DNA of 41,577 nucleotides from a virus: IMG/VR virus record IMGVR_UViG_3300045988_115369; one strand, 5' to 3'. Shown piece by piece: positions 33,739 to 41,546 of this stretch (position 1 is its first letter; each line of letters starts with the position of its first letter). The notes under the pieces were generated by a model. It saw only the letters and a program-made list of their open reading frames with translations, ran no database searches and was not told where the DNA came from. The position numbers and the translations under genes were made by a program.

Positions 33739-34138
33739 AATTCACTGGAATATACTCTCCCTTAATTCGTACTACCTCAGCTCCCTTGAAATCTACTTTT
33801 AACTTATCCAGTACATGTCTAAGAGCTGCCTGTGCTGCGTCTGATTCTTTGCCCTCTTTAGTGGTATCCACAAAAATGATGACAGACACTTCATAAGGAT
33901 CCACATGCAAGCCACCCACAGTCTTCGGATCTCTGCCTACCTCTGTGTGTCCATCACGGTGAATGACGTAATGAAAATCCACGTCAAATTCCCCTCTGCG
34001 TCTAGCATCCTTAAACAATCTGTCTGCCCTCTTATTTTCAAGGTCAATGTCAGCAACAATAATGAAGTCCGTTCTTTCTCTTTCACGGAATTTGATTCTA
34101 TTTATTTTTCTCACCTCTTCTGTAAATATCTTTTTCAC
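33698..34138 (-). CDS. T7 lysozyme (gp3.5)-like protein, probably not an active amidase
   Basis: IKFRERERTDFIIV and DVDFHYVIHRDGHTEVGRD parallel T7 VQFKQRESTDAIFVH and DVGYHFIIKRDGTVEAGRD. No residues equivalent to His17, His122 or Cys130 are visible. Confidence 0.7.
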   Translation of the reverse strand: MKKIFTEEVRKINRIKFRERERTDFIIVADIDLENKRADRLFKDARRRGEFDVDFHYVIHRDGHTEVGRDPKTVGGLHVDPYEVSVIIFVDTTKEGKESDAAQAALRHVLDKLKVDFKGAEVVRIKGEYIPVNYAEYACTSAFTVR

Positions 34139-34559
34139 TCATCCCTTTCTTTTCTTCAGACAACCAGTCTAAAGGTATGTACTTATCTGCATAGACAAAG
34201 CCGTGCTTCTTACACCAATCTCCATAAGAGGTATTGCTCCCTTTACGAATCTTTGTCCGTGAATTGGAAAAAACAAACCTAATATCAAGATATGGATGCT
34301 GTTTCTTAATCAGTAGATGCTTCTGTCTATCTGCTACAGAAAACAACCCCTTTGTCTCTACAATAATCCCATTTCCTAAGACAAAATCGGGGGTGTAATG
34401 ATGCAGAACGGGTGCAGAAGTGTAGTCAATCCTATGCTTTTCATAAGAATACTCAGCTCCTGCATTGTTCAACTCATCAATCACTCGCTCTTCCAGTCCA
34501 GATCTGTAGGATTCATTAACTTTTCTGCTCCACCCTCCATGTCTGCTGAAATAGGGCAA
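34098..34559 (-). CDS. Endonuclease I / Holliday junction resolvase (T7 gp3-like)
   Basis: YTPDFVLGNGIIVETKG parallels T7 endo I PDFLLPNGIFVETKG. Confidence 0.9.
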   Translation of the reverse strand: MPYFSRHGGWSRKVNESYRSGLEERVIDELNNAGAEYSYEKHRIDYTSAPVLHHYTPDFVLGNGIIVETKGLFSVADRQKHLLIKKQHPYLDIRFVFSNSRTKIRKGSNTSYGDWCKKHGFVYADKYIPLDWLSEEKKGMSEKDIYRRGEKNK

Positions 34560-35207
34560 TTAGAAATCTCCCTCTTCATCAAATGGAACATCATCCTCTT
34601 CTACTGCTGGGGAATTAGACGTAGTAGTATCTTTGTCATATTCACCATCAACTGTAGAATCATATCCTTCTTCATTCGTATTAAAGCCCAAAGACGCTGC
34701 ATCCGTTCCACCATATGGAATATATTTAAGAACCTGTACTCCGCGAAGATAGCATGCAAGCCCATTATTATTGTTACTCATCCAATACGGAGATAACGAA
34801 AAGGCAACACGGATGATAGAGCCATTGCCCAGATTGGATGCTTTGATAGGATGTCCCTTTGCATCGACAACTGGAATAGTTCTAGTCATTTCTTCCCCTG
34901 CTTTTGTCTTGTAAGTCTTCTTTGCCTTGAACTTAAACGTGATAGTCCCATCATTCAGTTCATGGATACCAAGAGACGGTTCAGAACTCCATTTCTTTCC
35001 TGGCTTCAGTTCATAAGATTCTTTAGCTTTTTCAAATTCCTGTTCCAGATATGCTTTGAACTCTTTCGTTGTCTTTGCATCAAATGTAATCTGGATAGAA
35101 TAACCAAGCTCCTGTCCTTCATAGGTTTCTACTTTACGCAGAAAAGCATAACGTGCTTCGCCTTTCGGTGTAACACCATTAACAAACTGTCTTTTTACAT
35201 TAGCCAT
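34560..35207 (-). CDS. Single-stranded DNA-binding protein (T7 gp2.5-like)
   Basis: Called from size and position, with an acidic C-terminal tail EEDDVPFDEEGDF ending in Phe, as in gp2.5. Confidence 0.8.
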   Translation of the reverse strand: MANVKRQFVNGVTPKGEARYAFLRKVETYEGQELGYSIQITFDAKTTKEFKAYLEQEFEKAKESYELKPGKKWSSEPSLGIHELNDGTITFKFKAKKTYKTKAGEEMTRTIPVVDAKGHPIKASNLGNGSIIRVAFSLSPYWMSNNNNGLACYLRGVQVLKYIPYGGTDAASLGFNTNEEGYDSTVDGEYDKDTTTSNSPAVEEDDVPFDEEGDF

Positions 35208-35218
35208 AATTTTTCTCC

Positions 35219-35611
35219 TTAATCAAATTTATTTACAACAGCATTATCAGAAATTTTAATGAGTACTCCCATAGCGACTGCTTCACCTGCATAAATTCTA
35301 CGAAGCTCTGGGGAAGTATTTGTACAGAAGACACCCAGTTGTGCTGCCCCTACCACGGATGTAGGAGAGACAATCAGTAACTTTTTCTCCATCAGTCTTG
35401 CCCCATTCAGCATAAGAGCGTACCCAGACGGAACTCTAACTCTGCCAAAATGAACGTAAGCGTTTGCATCAATCGTCATTGTCTGTGTTGCTTTGAAGAT
35501 GAATGCACCATTCACAAGTTCTACAACGACTTCTTTCCCCACTTCAAGATGAGGAATACGTGGTACTCTAGGTTTCTTTGTTACGACTTTCTTTTCTTTT
35601 GTCTCTGTCAT
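35219..35611 (-). CDS. Hypothetical protein, possibly a degenerate dUTPase-like fold
   Basis: Start at the ATG at 35611, after AAAGGAG. The pattern PSGYALML...IVSPTSVVG...RIYAGEAVAMGVL loosely resembles dUTPase strands without the catalytic motifs. Confidence 0.4.
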   Translation of the reverse strand: MTETKEKKVVTKKPRVPRIPHLEVGKEVVVELVNGAFIFKATQTMTIDANAYVHFGRVRVPSGYALMLNGARLMEKKLLIVSPTSVVGAAQLGVFCTNTSPELRRIYAGEAVAMGVLIKISDNAVVNKFD

Positions 35612-35625
35612 AATCAACAGCTCCT

Positions 35626-35648
35626 TTCTCTTCATCGTGCCACAATTA
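35626..35648 (-). promoter_or_regulatory. Phage-RNAP promoter phi-5
   Basis: Minus strand TAATTGTGGCACGATGA|AGAGAAAGG. It overlaps the 3' end of the ThyX-like gene. Confidence 0.75.
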
Positions 35649-36216
35649 AAAATGACTTAGCGTTAGGGCACTGTGACACGATTTCTTTACAAAATGCTCT
35701 CCACTCAGGCAACTTGTGATTGTGTCTCTGTTTAAGGATCGTTTTAAGCTGTCTATAGTTAGTAGTAACCCGTGCAGTCAATTCAAGACCGACAGGGCAG
35801 GAATAAACCAACTGCAAAAAGGCTGATTCACTCTGATCCTCTCTAAACTGCTTCTGCAATTCTTCCAGTCTCTTGATAATCTGCGGATCAGTGTAGGGTG
35901 TAAACGTCGTATCAAGCTGCATCTTAGACAACCTGTGCATAGTGGACTGACTAGACACAATCTGTGCAAAGTGATAACGTTCAAACTCCGTCCACATCTT
36001 AATCGTGCAGGTCAAATCAAAAGACACGATAATTCCGCTAAGGAAATTATCGTGTCCTTCACTGCTTTCTCTGCTTGCTAATGAAACAGCTCGCTTCCAG
36101 TCCAAGTCATCAATGTAGCGATGCTGCGAATTAAAGTCCAATATTTCTTTCATGGGATAACCACTAGCACGAATAGAATTGTGCATATCGTACACTTGTA
36201 AATTTGTGATTCTCAT
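35632..36216 (-). CDS. ThyX (Thy1)-like protein with a divergent active-site motif
   Basis: GHDNFLSGIIVSFDLTCTIKMWTEFERYHFAQIVSSQSTMHRLSK aligns with ThyX [42 protein letters not shown]. The RHR...S...R signature is not conserved. Confidence 0.6.
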   Translation of the reverse strand: MRITNLQVYDMHNSIRASGYPMKEILDFNSQHRYIDDLDWKRAVSLASRESSEGHDNFLSGIIVSFDLTCTIKMWTEFERYHFAQIVSSQSTMHRLSKMQLDTTFTPYTDPQIIKRLEELQKQFREDQSESAFLQLVYSCPVGLELTARVTTNYRQLKTILKQRHNHKLPEWRAFCKEIVSQCPNAKSFLIVAR

Positions 36217-36239
36217 TCTATTTTTCTCCTCTTCACATA

Positions 36240-36512
36240 TCACTCAATTTCTATAATAATTTGGGGCTTTACGTACAGCGAGGGAATATCGTTATTAAAC
36301 ACATATTCTTCACTACACTGTACGCACGCACATGGATAAATACTGCTTACATCCATGTTTTTTACCTGATCTTCAGTGAGCTTATGCCGGAATGCAAAGC
36401 GTACAATAGCGCCATATTTATAATCGATAACTCCGTGTCGCTGCTCTCCGAACCTCGCAAGAACGATTTTACATTCATCAGGAATGTAGTTAAGTAAATC
36501 AATCAGCTTCAT
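36240..36512 (-). CDS. Hypothetical protein
   Basis: 90-aa ORF, tightly coupled to its neighbours. Confidence 0.45.
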   Translation of the reverse strand: MKLIDLLNYIPDECKIVLARFGEQRHGVIDYKYGAIVRFAFRHKLTEDQVKNMDVSSIYPCACVQCSEEYVFNNDIPSLYVKPQIIIEIE

Positions 36513-37201
36513 TCGCTTTCACACTCCTCAAGTTCTTTCAACTTAGTAGCATACCATGCGATTTTACCTGCTGTCTCTGCCTTGTCACCTTTACGTCCAT
36601 ATCTATAGGCATACTTAATGATATTGCCCCAATAGAACCCTTCAAGCTGCTCTCTATGCATCAAATGGTTCATAATCTCATGGGCTTCTGGAAGACCCTT
36701 GACCTTGTAATGCGGCGGGTTAATAACATTTGCAATCTGGTCCACTTCTTTTTCCTCCTCTTTTTTTACTATAGTGAGCTTATCATCATCATCTATCATA
36801 CTTACTACCATAAGACCCTCTGGAGTAAAGCTGCTAATATCCTGCCACAGTGGGTTATTGTCCCATTTGACTTCAATCGGATAGACACGCCCATCATTGT
36901 GATCTGCAATTACCATCCCCAAGCCATGATGAGGAAATGAGACTCTATCACCTACATGAAATTTGCTGCCACCTTCAAGTGCTTTGCCTACCTGAGTGAT
37001 TCTTGTCCAATCTCTCTTATCCCCATAAAATAAAAAACCATCTGGAGTAAAGGTGCTAATATCGTCACCAAACTTGTAACGACTTACTTCCCATTTCACT
37101 TCAATCGGATATGTGTCATCATTAGTGATCTTTGTCACAACACCACAATCATGAAAGGGTGCATATACCCTATCTCCTACTTTGAATTTAGATACAGTCA
37201 T
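36509..37201 (-). CDS. Fusion of tandem SH3/Tudor-like repeats with a DUF3310 domain
   Basis: Two internal repeats (VGDRVYAPFHDCGVV...YPIEVKW...ISTFTPDG and VGDRVSFPHHGLGMV...YPIEVKW...ISSFTPEG). The C-terminal NPPHYK...GNIIKYAYRYGRKG matches the DUF3310 pattern. Confidence 0.65.
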   Translation of the reverse strand: MTVSKFKVGDRVYAPFHDCGVVTKITNDDTYPIEVKWEVSRYKFGDDISTFTPDGFLFYGDKRDWTRITQVGKALEGGSKFHVGDRVSFPHHGLGMVIADHNDGRVYPIEVKWDNNPLWQDISSFTPEGLMVVSMIDDDDKLTIVKKEEEKEVDQIANVINPPHYKVKGLPEAHEIMNHLMHREQLEGFYWGNIIKYAYRYGRKGDKAETAGKIAWYATKLKELEECESE

Positions 37202-37217
37202 CTTCTATTAACTCCTT

Positions 37218-37835
37218 TCATCTATTTGCTTCAAAGAATGCTTTTGCAAATCCAGGGGGTGTCATTGCCCTAAATTCTGCATCTGTTTCAGGCTTATGGA
37301 ATTGTAGCTGCGGAATCTTGTTCCATGCACTTTTGTGTAAATATGCAAAATTAGGCTTACTCCTGTTCCGTCTAGTGTATAAGTCAATCTTTGGAACATC
37401 ATCCCAGCTTTCAAATTTCCTTTTGGGAATATTGAAATTCCCCCAAATATCCGTTGCTTTCGTCCACGGATCACCATAAAACCACGGTTGAAAATTCAAC
37501 TTTGGCATATCAAGATATTTCCTCAAATGCCCTCGTGGATTTTCCAATGCCCAAAAATGCGGATTGCACTGATTGATGATTTGCAAACAAGCGTTTACAA
37601 TTTCCATCCCTGCTGCTTCATTGCGTTTTCGTGGTTCAGCTTTACAATTTAGAAGTGAAAATTCTGTACATGGTGGTGCTGCAAGGATCCCGTAAACATT
37701 GTCAGGTGGGATATAGGTTCTTACATCATAGTCTGGCAAAGTGATAATACGTACATCATACCCTGCTTCTTGATACGGTTTAGACCATGATCCAGTTCCT
37801 CCGCACAAGTCCAAAATAATACGTATGTCTGTCAT
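37218..37835 (-). CDS. Compact C5-cytosine methyltransferase-like protein
   Basis: Motif I is DLCGGTGSWS, motif IV is AAPPCTEFS, motif VI is WALENPRG, and RAMTPPGFA lies near the C-terminus. The ATG at 37835 overlaps the upstream stop (ATGA). Confidence 0.7.
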   Translation of the reverse strand: MTDIRIILDLCGGTGSWSKPYQEAGYDVRIITLPDYDVRTYIPPDNVYGILAAPPCTEFSLLNCKAEPRKRNEAAGMEIVNACLQIINQCNPHFWALENPRGHLRKYLDMPKLNFQPWFYGDPWTKATDIWGNFNIPKRKFESWDDVPKIDLYTRRNRSKPNFAYLHKSAWNKIPQLQFHKPETDAEFRAMTPPGFAKAFFEANR

Positions 37836-38212
37836 ATCTTGCTTTCTCTTACCTTCTTTTTGTAAAATCTTCCATTTTTGAATTTCTCCTTTTGCCAATC
37901 AACTAATTTGTAATTGATCTTCGTCACAATAGCAGTGCAGTCAGGGCAACAGAGCTTATATACATTTCCGTATGTAGACACACTCGGTTTATATGGCGTG
38001 CTGCAATACCTGCAATGTCGTACCCCCTGCTTCTGTTCTTTTTCCCAATATTTGTTTGAACAATCAACACAACAAAAATGGGAAGTTGATTCAAATCCTT
38101 TGTACGGATGAAACAGCTTCCCACATTCCCAGCATTTCCATAAGCATGTTTTGTTTCTGACTTGATTCGTGTATTTCTTCCACTCAAGTTCATTTGAAAT
38201 TACAACTCTCAA
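37832..38212 (-). CDS. Double zinc-ribbon (Cys-rich) protein
   Basis: TTG start at 38212, 6 nt after AAGGAGGGGG. Two CxxC...CxxC units are present (CWECG...CCVDC and CRYC...CCPDC). The ORF-track N-terminus runs through phi-6 and a terminator. Confidence 0.55.
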   Translation of the reverse strand: MRVVISNELEWKKYTNQVRNKTCLWKCWECGKLFHPYKGFESTSHFCCVDCSNKYWEKEQKQGVRHCRYCSTPYKPSVSTYGNVYKLCCPDCTAIVTKINYKLVDWQKEKFKNGRFYKKKVRESKI

Positions 38213-38280
38213 TAGACACCCCCTCCTTTTGTTGGTAGACACAACCTTGTTTAGGAAAGACAAAACAGAAATGGTGTCTT

Positions 38281-38303
38281 CTCTCTGTTTTGTGCCACAA
38301 TTA
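38281..38303 (-). promoter_or_regulatory. Phage-RNAP promoter phi-6
   Basis: Minus strand TAATTGTGGCACAAAAC|AGAGAGAAG. Confidence 0.7.
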
Positions 38304-38340
38304 AAAATCAGGATCTTAGTAATGATGATGATAATTAAAA

Positions 38341-38408
38341 ACAATAAAAAAGTTCCCATATAAGTAATACCTTTAGGATTAAACTATAGGTATTATTTAT
38401 ATGGGAAC
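38341..38408 (-). terminator. Strong stem-loop terminator (about 20 bp plus U6) downstream of phi-7/phi-8
   Basis: GTTCCCATATAAGTAATACCT (38352..38372) pairs with AGGTATTATTTATATGGGAAC (38388..38408) with one mismatch. The minus strand continues UUUUUUAUUGUUUUU. Confidence 0.75.
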
Positions 38409-38426
38409 AATTAACAATTAACAATT
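38406..38426. repeat. 3 x 7-bp tandem repeat AACAATT (minus strand AATTGTT)
   Basis: Read directly. The unit matches the upstream half of the phage promoter (TAATTGT). Confidence 0.85.
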
Positions 38427-38439
38427 TAAGTGCATCACT

Positions 38440-38490
38440 AGGTATCTAAGAAAATACTTTAGGTATCTAATAGAATACTTTAAGTATCTC
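38440..38490. repeat. About 2.4 copies of a 21-bp tandem repeat that form two 13-bp palindromes 21 bp apart
   Basis: AGGTATCTAAGAAAATACTTT, AGGTATCTAATAGAATACTTT, then AAGTATCTC. The palindromes are ATACTTTAGGTAT (38454..38466) and ATACTTTAAGTAT (38475..38487). Confidence 0.85.
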
Positions 38491-38493
38491 TCT

Positions 38494-38516
38494 TCCCCTT
38501 CTACGTGCCACAATTA
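38494..38516 (-). promoter_or_regulatory. Phage-RNAP promoter phi-7
   Basis: Minus strand TAATTGTGGCACGTAGA|AGGGGAAGAG. The 17-mer and start region are identical to phi-4. Confidence 0.8.
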
Positions 38517-38517
38517 A

Positions 38518-38540
38518 ATTTTGGTTATGTACCACAATTA
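38518..38540 (-). promoter_or_regulatory. Variant phage-RNAP promoter phi-8 (tandem with phi-7)
   Basis: Minus strand TAATTGTGGTACATAAC. It has one change in the GGCAC core. Confidence 0.55.
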
Positions 38541-38708
38541 CATTTTATTCAATTTGTCTTTGTTCTTGATACAAAAAGTATGAATCAGATCTCTTAATAC
38601 TTGTGAAGGATTAACACCATGATGTTCACATACTGTATACAATCTATTTTTCTCTCTTTCTGTAATGCGGATTTTAATCTCTGCATTTTTATAGGAACCA
38701 TCGTCCAT
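38538..38708 (-). CDS. Ribbon-helix-helix DNA-binding protein, paralog 2
   Basis: ATG at 38708 after AAAGGAGAAAGAGG. IKIRITEREKNRLYTVCEHHGVNPSQVLRDLIHTF shows the strand-helix-G-helix RHH pattern. Confidence 0.7.
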   Translation of the reverse strand: MDDGSYKNAEIKIRITEREKNRLYTVCEHHGVNPSQVLRDLIHTFCIKNKDKLNKM

Positions 38709-38727
38709 TCTTTTCCTCTTTCTCCTT

Positions 38728-38907
38728 TCACAATAAATTTTTCTTTCCCTCATTGTTTTCACAAAATTCTTCAATAAGTTTTCTGATTACTTTTGATGGT
38801 GTCATGCCCATGTTCTGACAAATTTGATAAAAATTTTGCTTATCTTTATCATTTATCCTAACGCGCACGGAACACTCTTTAAGATCTTTGTCTTCAATTT
38901 TCTGCAT
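38728..38907 (-). CDS. Ribbon-helix-helix DNA-binding protein, paralog 1
   Basis: ATG at 38907, 5 nt after AAAGGAGG. VRVRINDKDKQNFYQICQNMGMTPSKVIRKLIEEF shows the RHH pattern and aligns with paralog 2. Confidence 0.7.
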   Translation of the reverse strand: MQKIEDKDLKECSVRVRINDKDKQNFYQICQNMGMTPSKVIRKLIEEFCENNEGKKNLL

Positions 38908-38940
38908 GTTTTCCTCCTTTGGCAACATAAACACACCTAT

Positions 38941-38969
38941 ATTGTAGCATAGGTGTGTTACTGTGTCAA
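38941..38969 (-). promoter_or_regulatory. Host sigma-70/SigA promoter P3, driving the RHH pair
   Basis: Minus strand TTGACA, a 17-nt spacer and TACAAT, with an extended -10 TG. It begins 13 nt after the RNAP stop codon. Confidence 0.8.
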
Positions 38970-38981
38970 TATGTTCCTACA

Positions 38982-41546
38982 TCAATGAAACACATAAAGA
39001 CTATCAAGTACCTGTCTAATGTCTAAGCTCCCTTTCTTTGGTGGCGTGGGCATGTCTACATCCTCTTCAGATACAGAAGTCTTCATTTCTTCATAGAAGT
39101 TCAAAAGTACATCATTCTCTTCATACATTTTCACGAATGCTTCTCTGACAGTGTGAAAGAGTGTGTCTGCCTGTGCAGGTGATGTCGCATAGGAATCATG
39201 GATCATGCTGAAATGATGAATCCCTTTGTCAAGACACATGTTGATAGACAACTGTAGATGACTAGCATCCATGGAATGAATAAAGTTCGGTGCAATCCCT
39301 TGTGACTGCTTTCTCTTTGCAATATTTCCTGTTACCTCAGGAACATAAAAGTTCTTAGTAACATTCAGAAATCGCATTTTAACCTTCTTGACAACCATTT
39401 CCATGTAGTTCTGCTGAATCGGCAAGCCCATTGGTGTTGTCCATGTCACGACATCCCCTTCTTTGCAGATGACATTAGACACTTTCTGTAGCCACTCCAT
39501 TCCTGCAAAAGCCTTAACGACTGTTTGAGACGCTGCTGTCCAAATCAGTTTAGCAAGATAAAGTGCCAAAGCGTTCTTCCCTGCCGTAAACATGCTTCCT
39601 TTGTCAGTTCCGTACACTTCATTTAGAGTATCTTCTAAAATCTGCTCTTTGAACCCGAACTGTTTAGCACCATAAGCGAGTGTCATAACGCATCTTTTTG
39701 TCACTTTTCTGTTGACGCCAAATGCTAACCACTGCTGTGCTAAGGTTTTTGTCCCCCATTTCAACGTTTTCTCCCCAAATTTGTTAGTGATATAGGCGTC
39801 AGAAGTACCGTTTAAGGCGTTTTCTTTGAGTACAACGTTCACTTTTTCAGCGACTTCACCGTATATATCTCTAGGTTTATCGCCTGGAATCAGATTTACT
39901 GATTTTCCCCCAATTTCATCCCTAAGAGCTGCTGAAAAATGCTGTAATCCAGAGCATGTACCGTCAAATGCTACAGGAATACCGCATGCCCACCCGATTA
40001 CAGAACCATTGTGCTTGTCTTTGTAATCAAGCATGTCTCTGAACTCAAAGCACCATCCTAAAAACTCTATCGGGCAATCTGAATTAGCCCAAAATCCCTT
40101 GTCTTTTCCCAAAGGATCCTCCGTTACAGACAAGATAGCTTCTTCATTGTCCTTTGTCCACTGAATCTGATCGTCAAAAGACACCTTATCATTGCCATAA
40201 AATTCACAACCTGCAACACGCATCCAGTATTCTGCCTTTTCATCTGTAGCTGCAGGTATGTCTGCCAACAATAAAAGCCCTTTTGTCAAATCATCCCCTT
40301 GAAATGAGAAAGACGGGATTGGGTAGACACGCCCTCTGAAATCCATATTGCATGGAAAATAGATTCTCTTGTATGGTGCATACTCTTTAGCTATTGCAAT
40401 CATAGACAAACATCTCAGTGCCTTCCCTTTGCGAGAGTTCTCACGATGAATTAACTCCACTGCTAACTTCTTGTGTTCTTTCAGTTCTTCCTCTGTATAA
40501 TCTCCCTCTAATCTAGGCAACTTGTCGTAAGGCTGAAACTTTGGAATACCTGCTAAATCCCCACCATTCTTGATAATAGTTTTTACAACATCAAGAACTT
40601 TGGTGTTGATTTTCCATGGTGTTGCCTGTACTGCATTGATTGCACGTAAGACATGGGCAAGATCTGCCTGTTTCAATCTGTTCATGTATGTCTGAAAAAA
40701 GATTGTCTTATTTCTGTGTAATCTTAACAGTTTGAAATACTTGCTAAGCTCGCTGTAGTACCCACCATGATTGTAGTCTTTCCATTCAAGAGGTGGAAGA
40801 ATAGTAGGAATAGCATGAAAAGCATTATTCATGAAAACGCTTTCATTGATATTCCATACGTCAATGAAAAGTTGCGTAGGAAGAACTCTGTCCATACTAT
40901 TCTTGCCCTTACCATGGTTCTGCTGTACAACTTCAAATAAGTTTGTGTCTTTTACTAAACACTCCATCAGCTTTGCTGCGAGCTTCTGACGTGCGGAACT
41001 ATCCCATGCGTTCCAGACAAACCCTGCTTCTGACATGCACTTGTGTTTCAGAAAGTAAACTTTGAAATGTTCGTTTACTCTCTTTTTCAATCCAGTTTCA
41101 AACTCTTTTAAGTTATCAGGCTGACTTTTAACATACGCTTGATAGCTTGTGTCTGTCTCAATCGCATTGCCAATTTGTGCGATAATGTCATTCATTTCAT
41201 TCTTTTTCTTGAAAATGCAATTCAAGGTGCAGGAAATGGTGCTGAGAGAAAGGACGGCGATCAAATGAACTTTATCTTCATAGACGTTATTCATCTGCAT
41301 AAGAATGTCATGATATGCTGCCTGTACCCCTCTTTTGGGTGTCAATTCATACTCTACAAAGTCCTTAACACTAGAGACGAATTTGTCATAGGCATAGTTC
41401 ATCATTCCTTTGCCAACTTGTGTCTCCGTTGTCACACCTTTTGCACAACTGTTTTCTAAGACACGGCGTGCTGCTTCTTCTGCCCGTGCCTTTGCACGTC
41501 TTTCCAGTTCCAGTTCATCTTCAAGCGTGATATTTTCATAGTCCAT
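38982..41546 (-). CDS. Single-subunit DNA-dependent RNA polymerase (T7 gp1-like)
   Basis: 854 aa. DFRGRVYP, FDGTCSGLQHFSA (motif A), RKVTKRCVMTLAYGAKQFG (motif B) and MIHDSYAT (motif C) parallel T7 RNAP. Confidence 0.97.
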   Translation of the reverse strand: MDYENITLEDELELERRAKARAEEAARRVLENSCAKGVTTETQVGKGMMNYAYDKFVSSVKDFVEYELTPKRGVQAAYHDILMQMNNVYEDKVHLIAVLSLSTISCTLNCIFKKKNEMNDIIAQIGNAIETDTSYQAYVKSQPDNLKEFETGLKKRVNEHFKVYFLKHKCMSEAGFVWNAWDSSARQKLAAKLMECLVKDTNLFEVVQQNHGKGKNSMDRVLPTQLFIDVWNINESVFMNNAFHAIPTILPPLEWKDYNHGGYYSELSKYFKLLRLHRNKTIFFQTYMNRLKQADLAHVLRAINAVQATPWKINTKVLDVVKTIIKNGGDLAGIPKFQPYDKLPRLEGDYTEEELKEHKKLAVELIHRENSRKGKALRCLSMIAIAKEYAPYKRIYFPCNMDFRGRVYPIPSFSFQGDDLTKGLLLLADIPAATDEKAEYWMRVAGCEFYGNDKVSFDDQIQWTKDNEEAILSVTEDPLGKDKGFWANSDCPIEFLGWCFEFRDMLDYKDKHNGSVIGWACGIPVAFDGTCSGLQHFSAALRDEIGGKSVNLIPGDKPRDIYGEVAEKVNVVLKENALNGTSDAYITNKFGEKTLKWGTKTLAQQWLAFGVNRKVTKRCVMTLAYGAKQFGFKEQILEDTLNEVYGTDKGSMFTAGKNALALYLAKLIWTAASQTVVKAFAGMEWLQKVSNVICKEGDVVTWTTPMGLPIQQNYMEMVVKKVKMRFLNVTKNFYVPEVTGNIAKRKQSQGIAPNFIHSMDASHLQLSINMCLDKGIHHFSMIHDSYATSPAQADTLFHTVREAFVKMYEENDVLLNFYEEMKTSVSEEDVDMPTPPKKGSLDIRQVLDSLYVFH

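Noticed and set aside
38406-38490. Possibility that the short tandem repeats form a CRISPR array.
   Set aside because: There are only 2-3 contiguous units of 7 and 21 bp with no spacers. This is not CRISPR architecture, and no cas genes are present.
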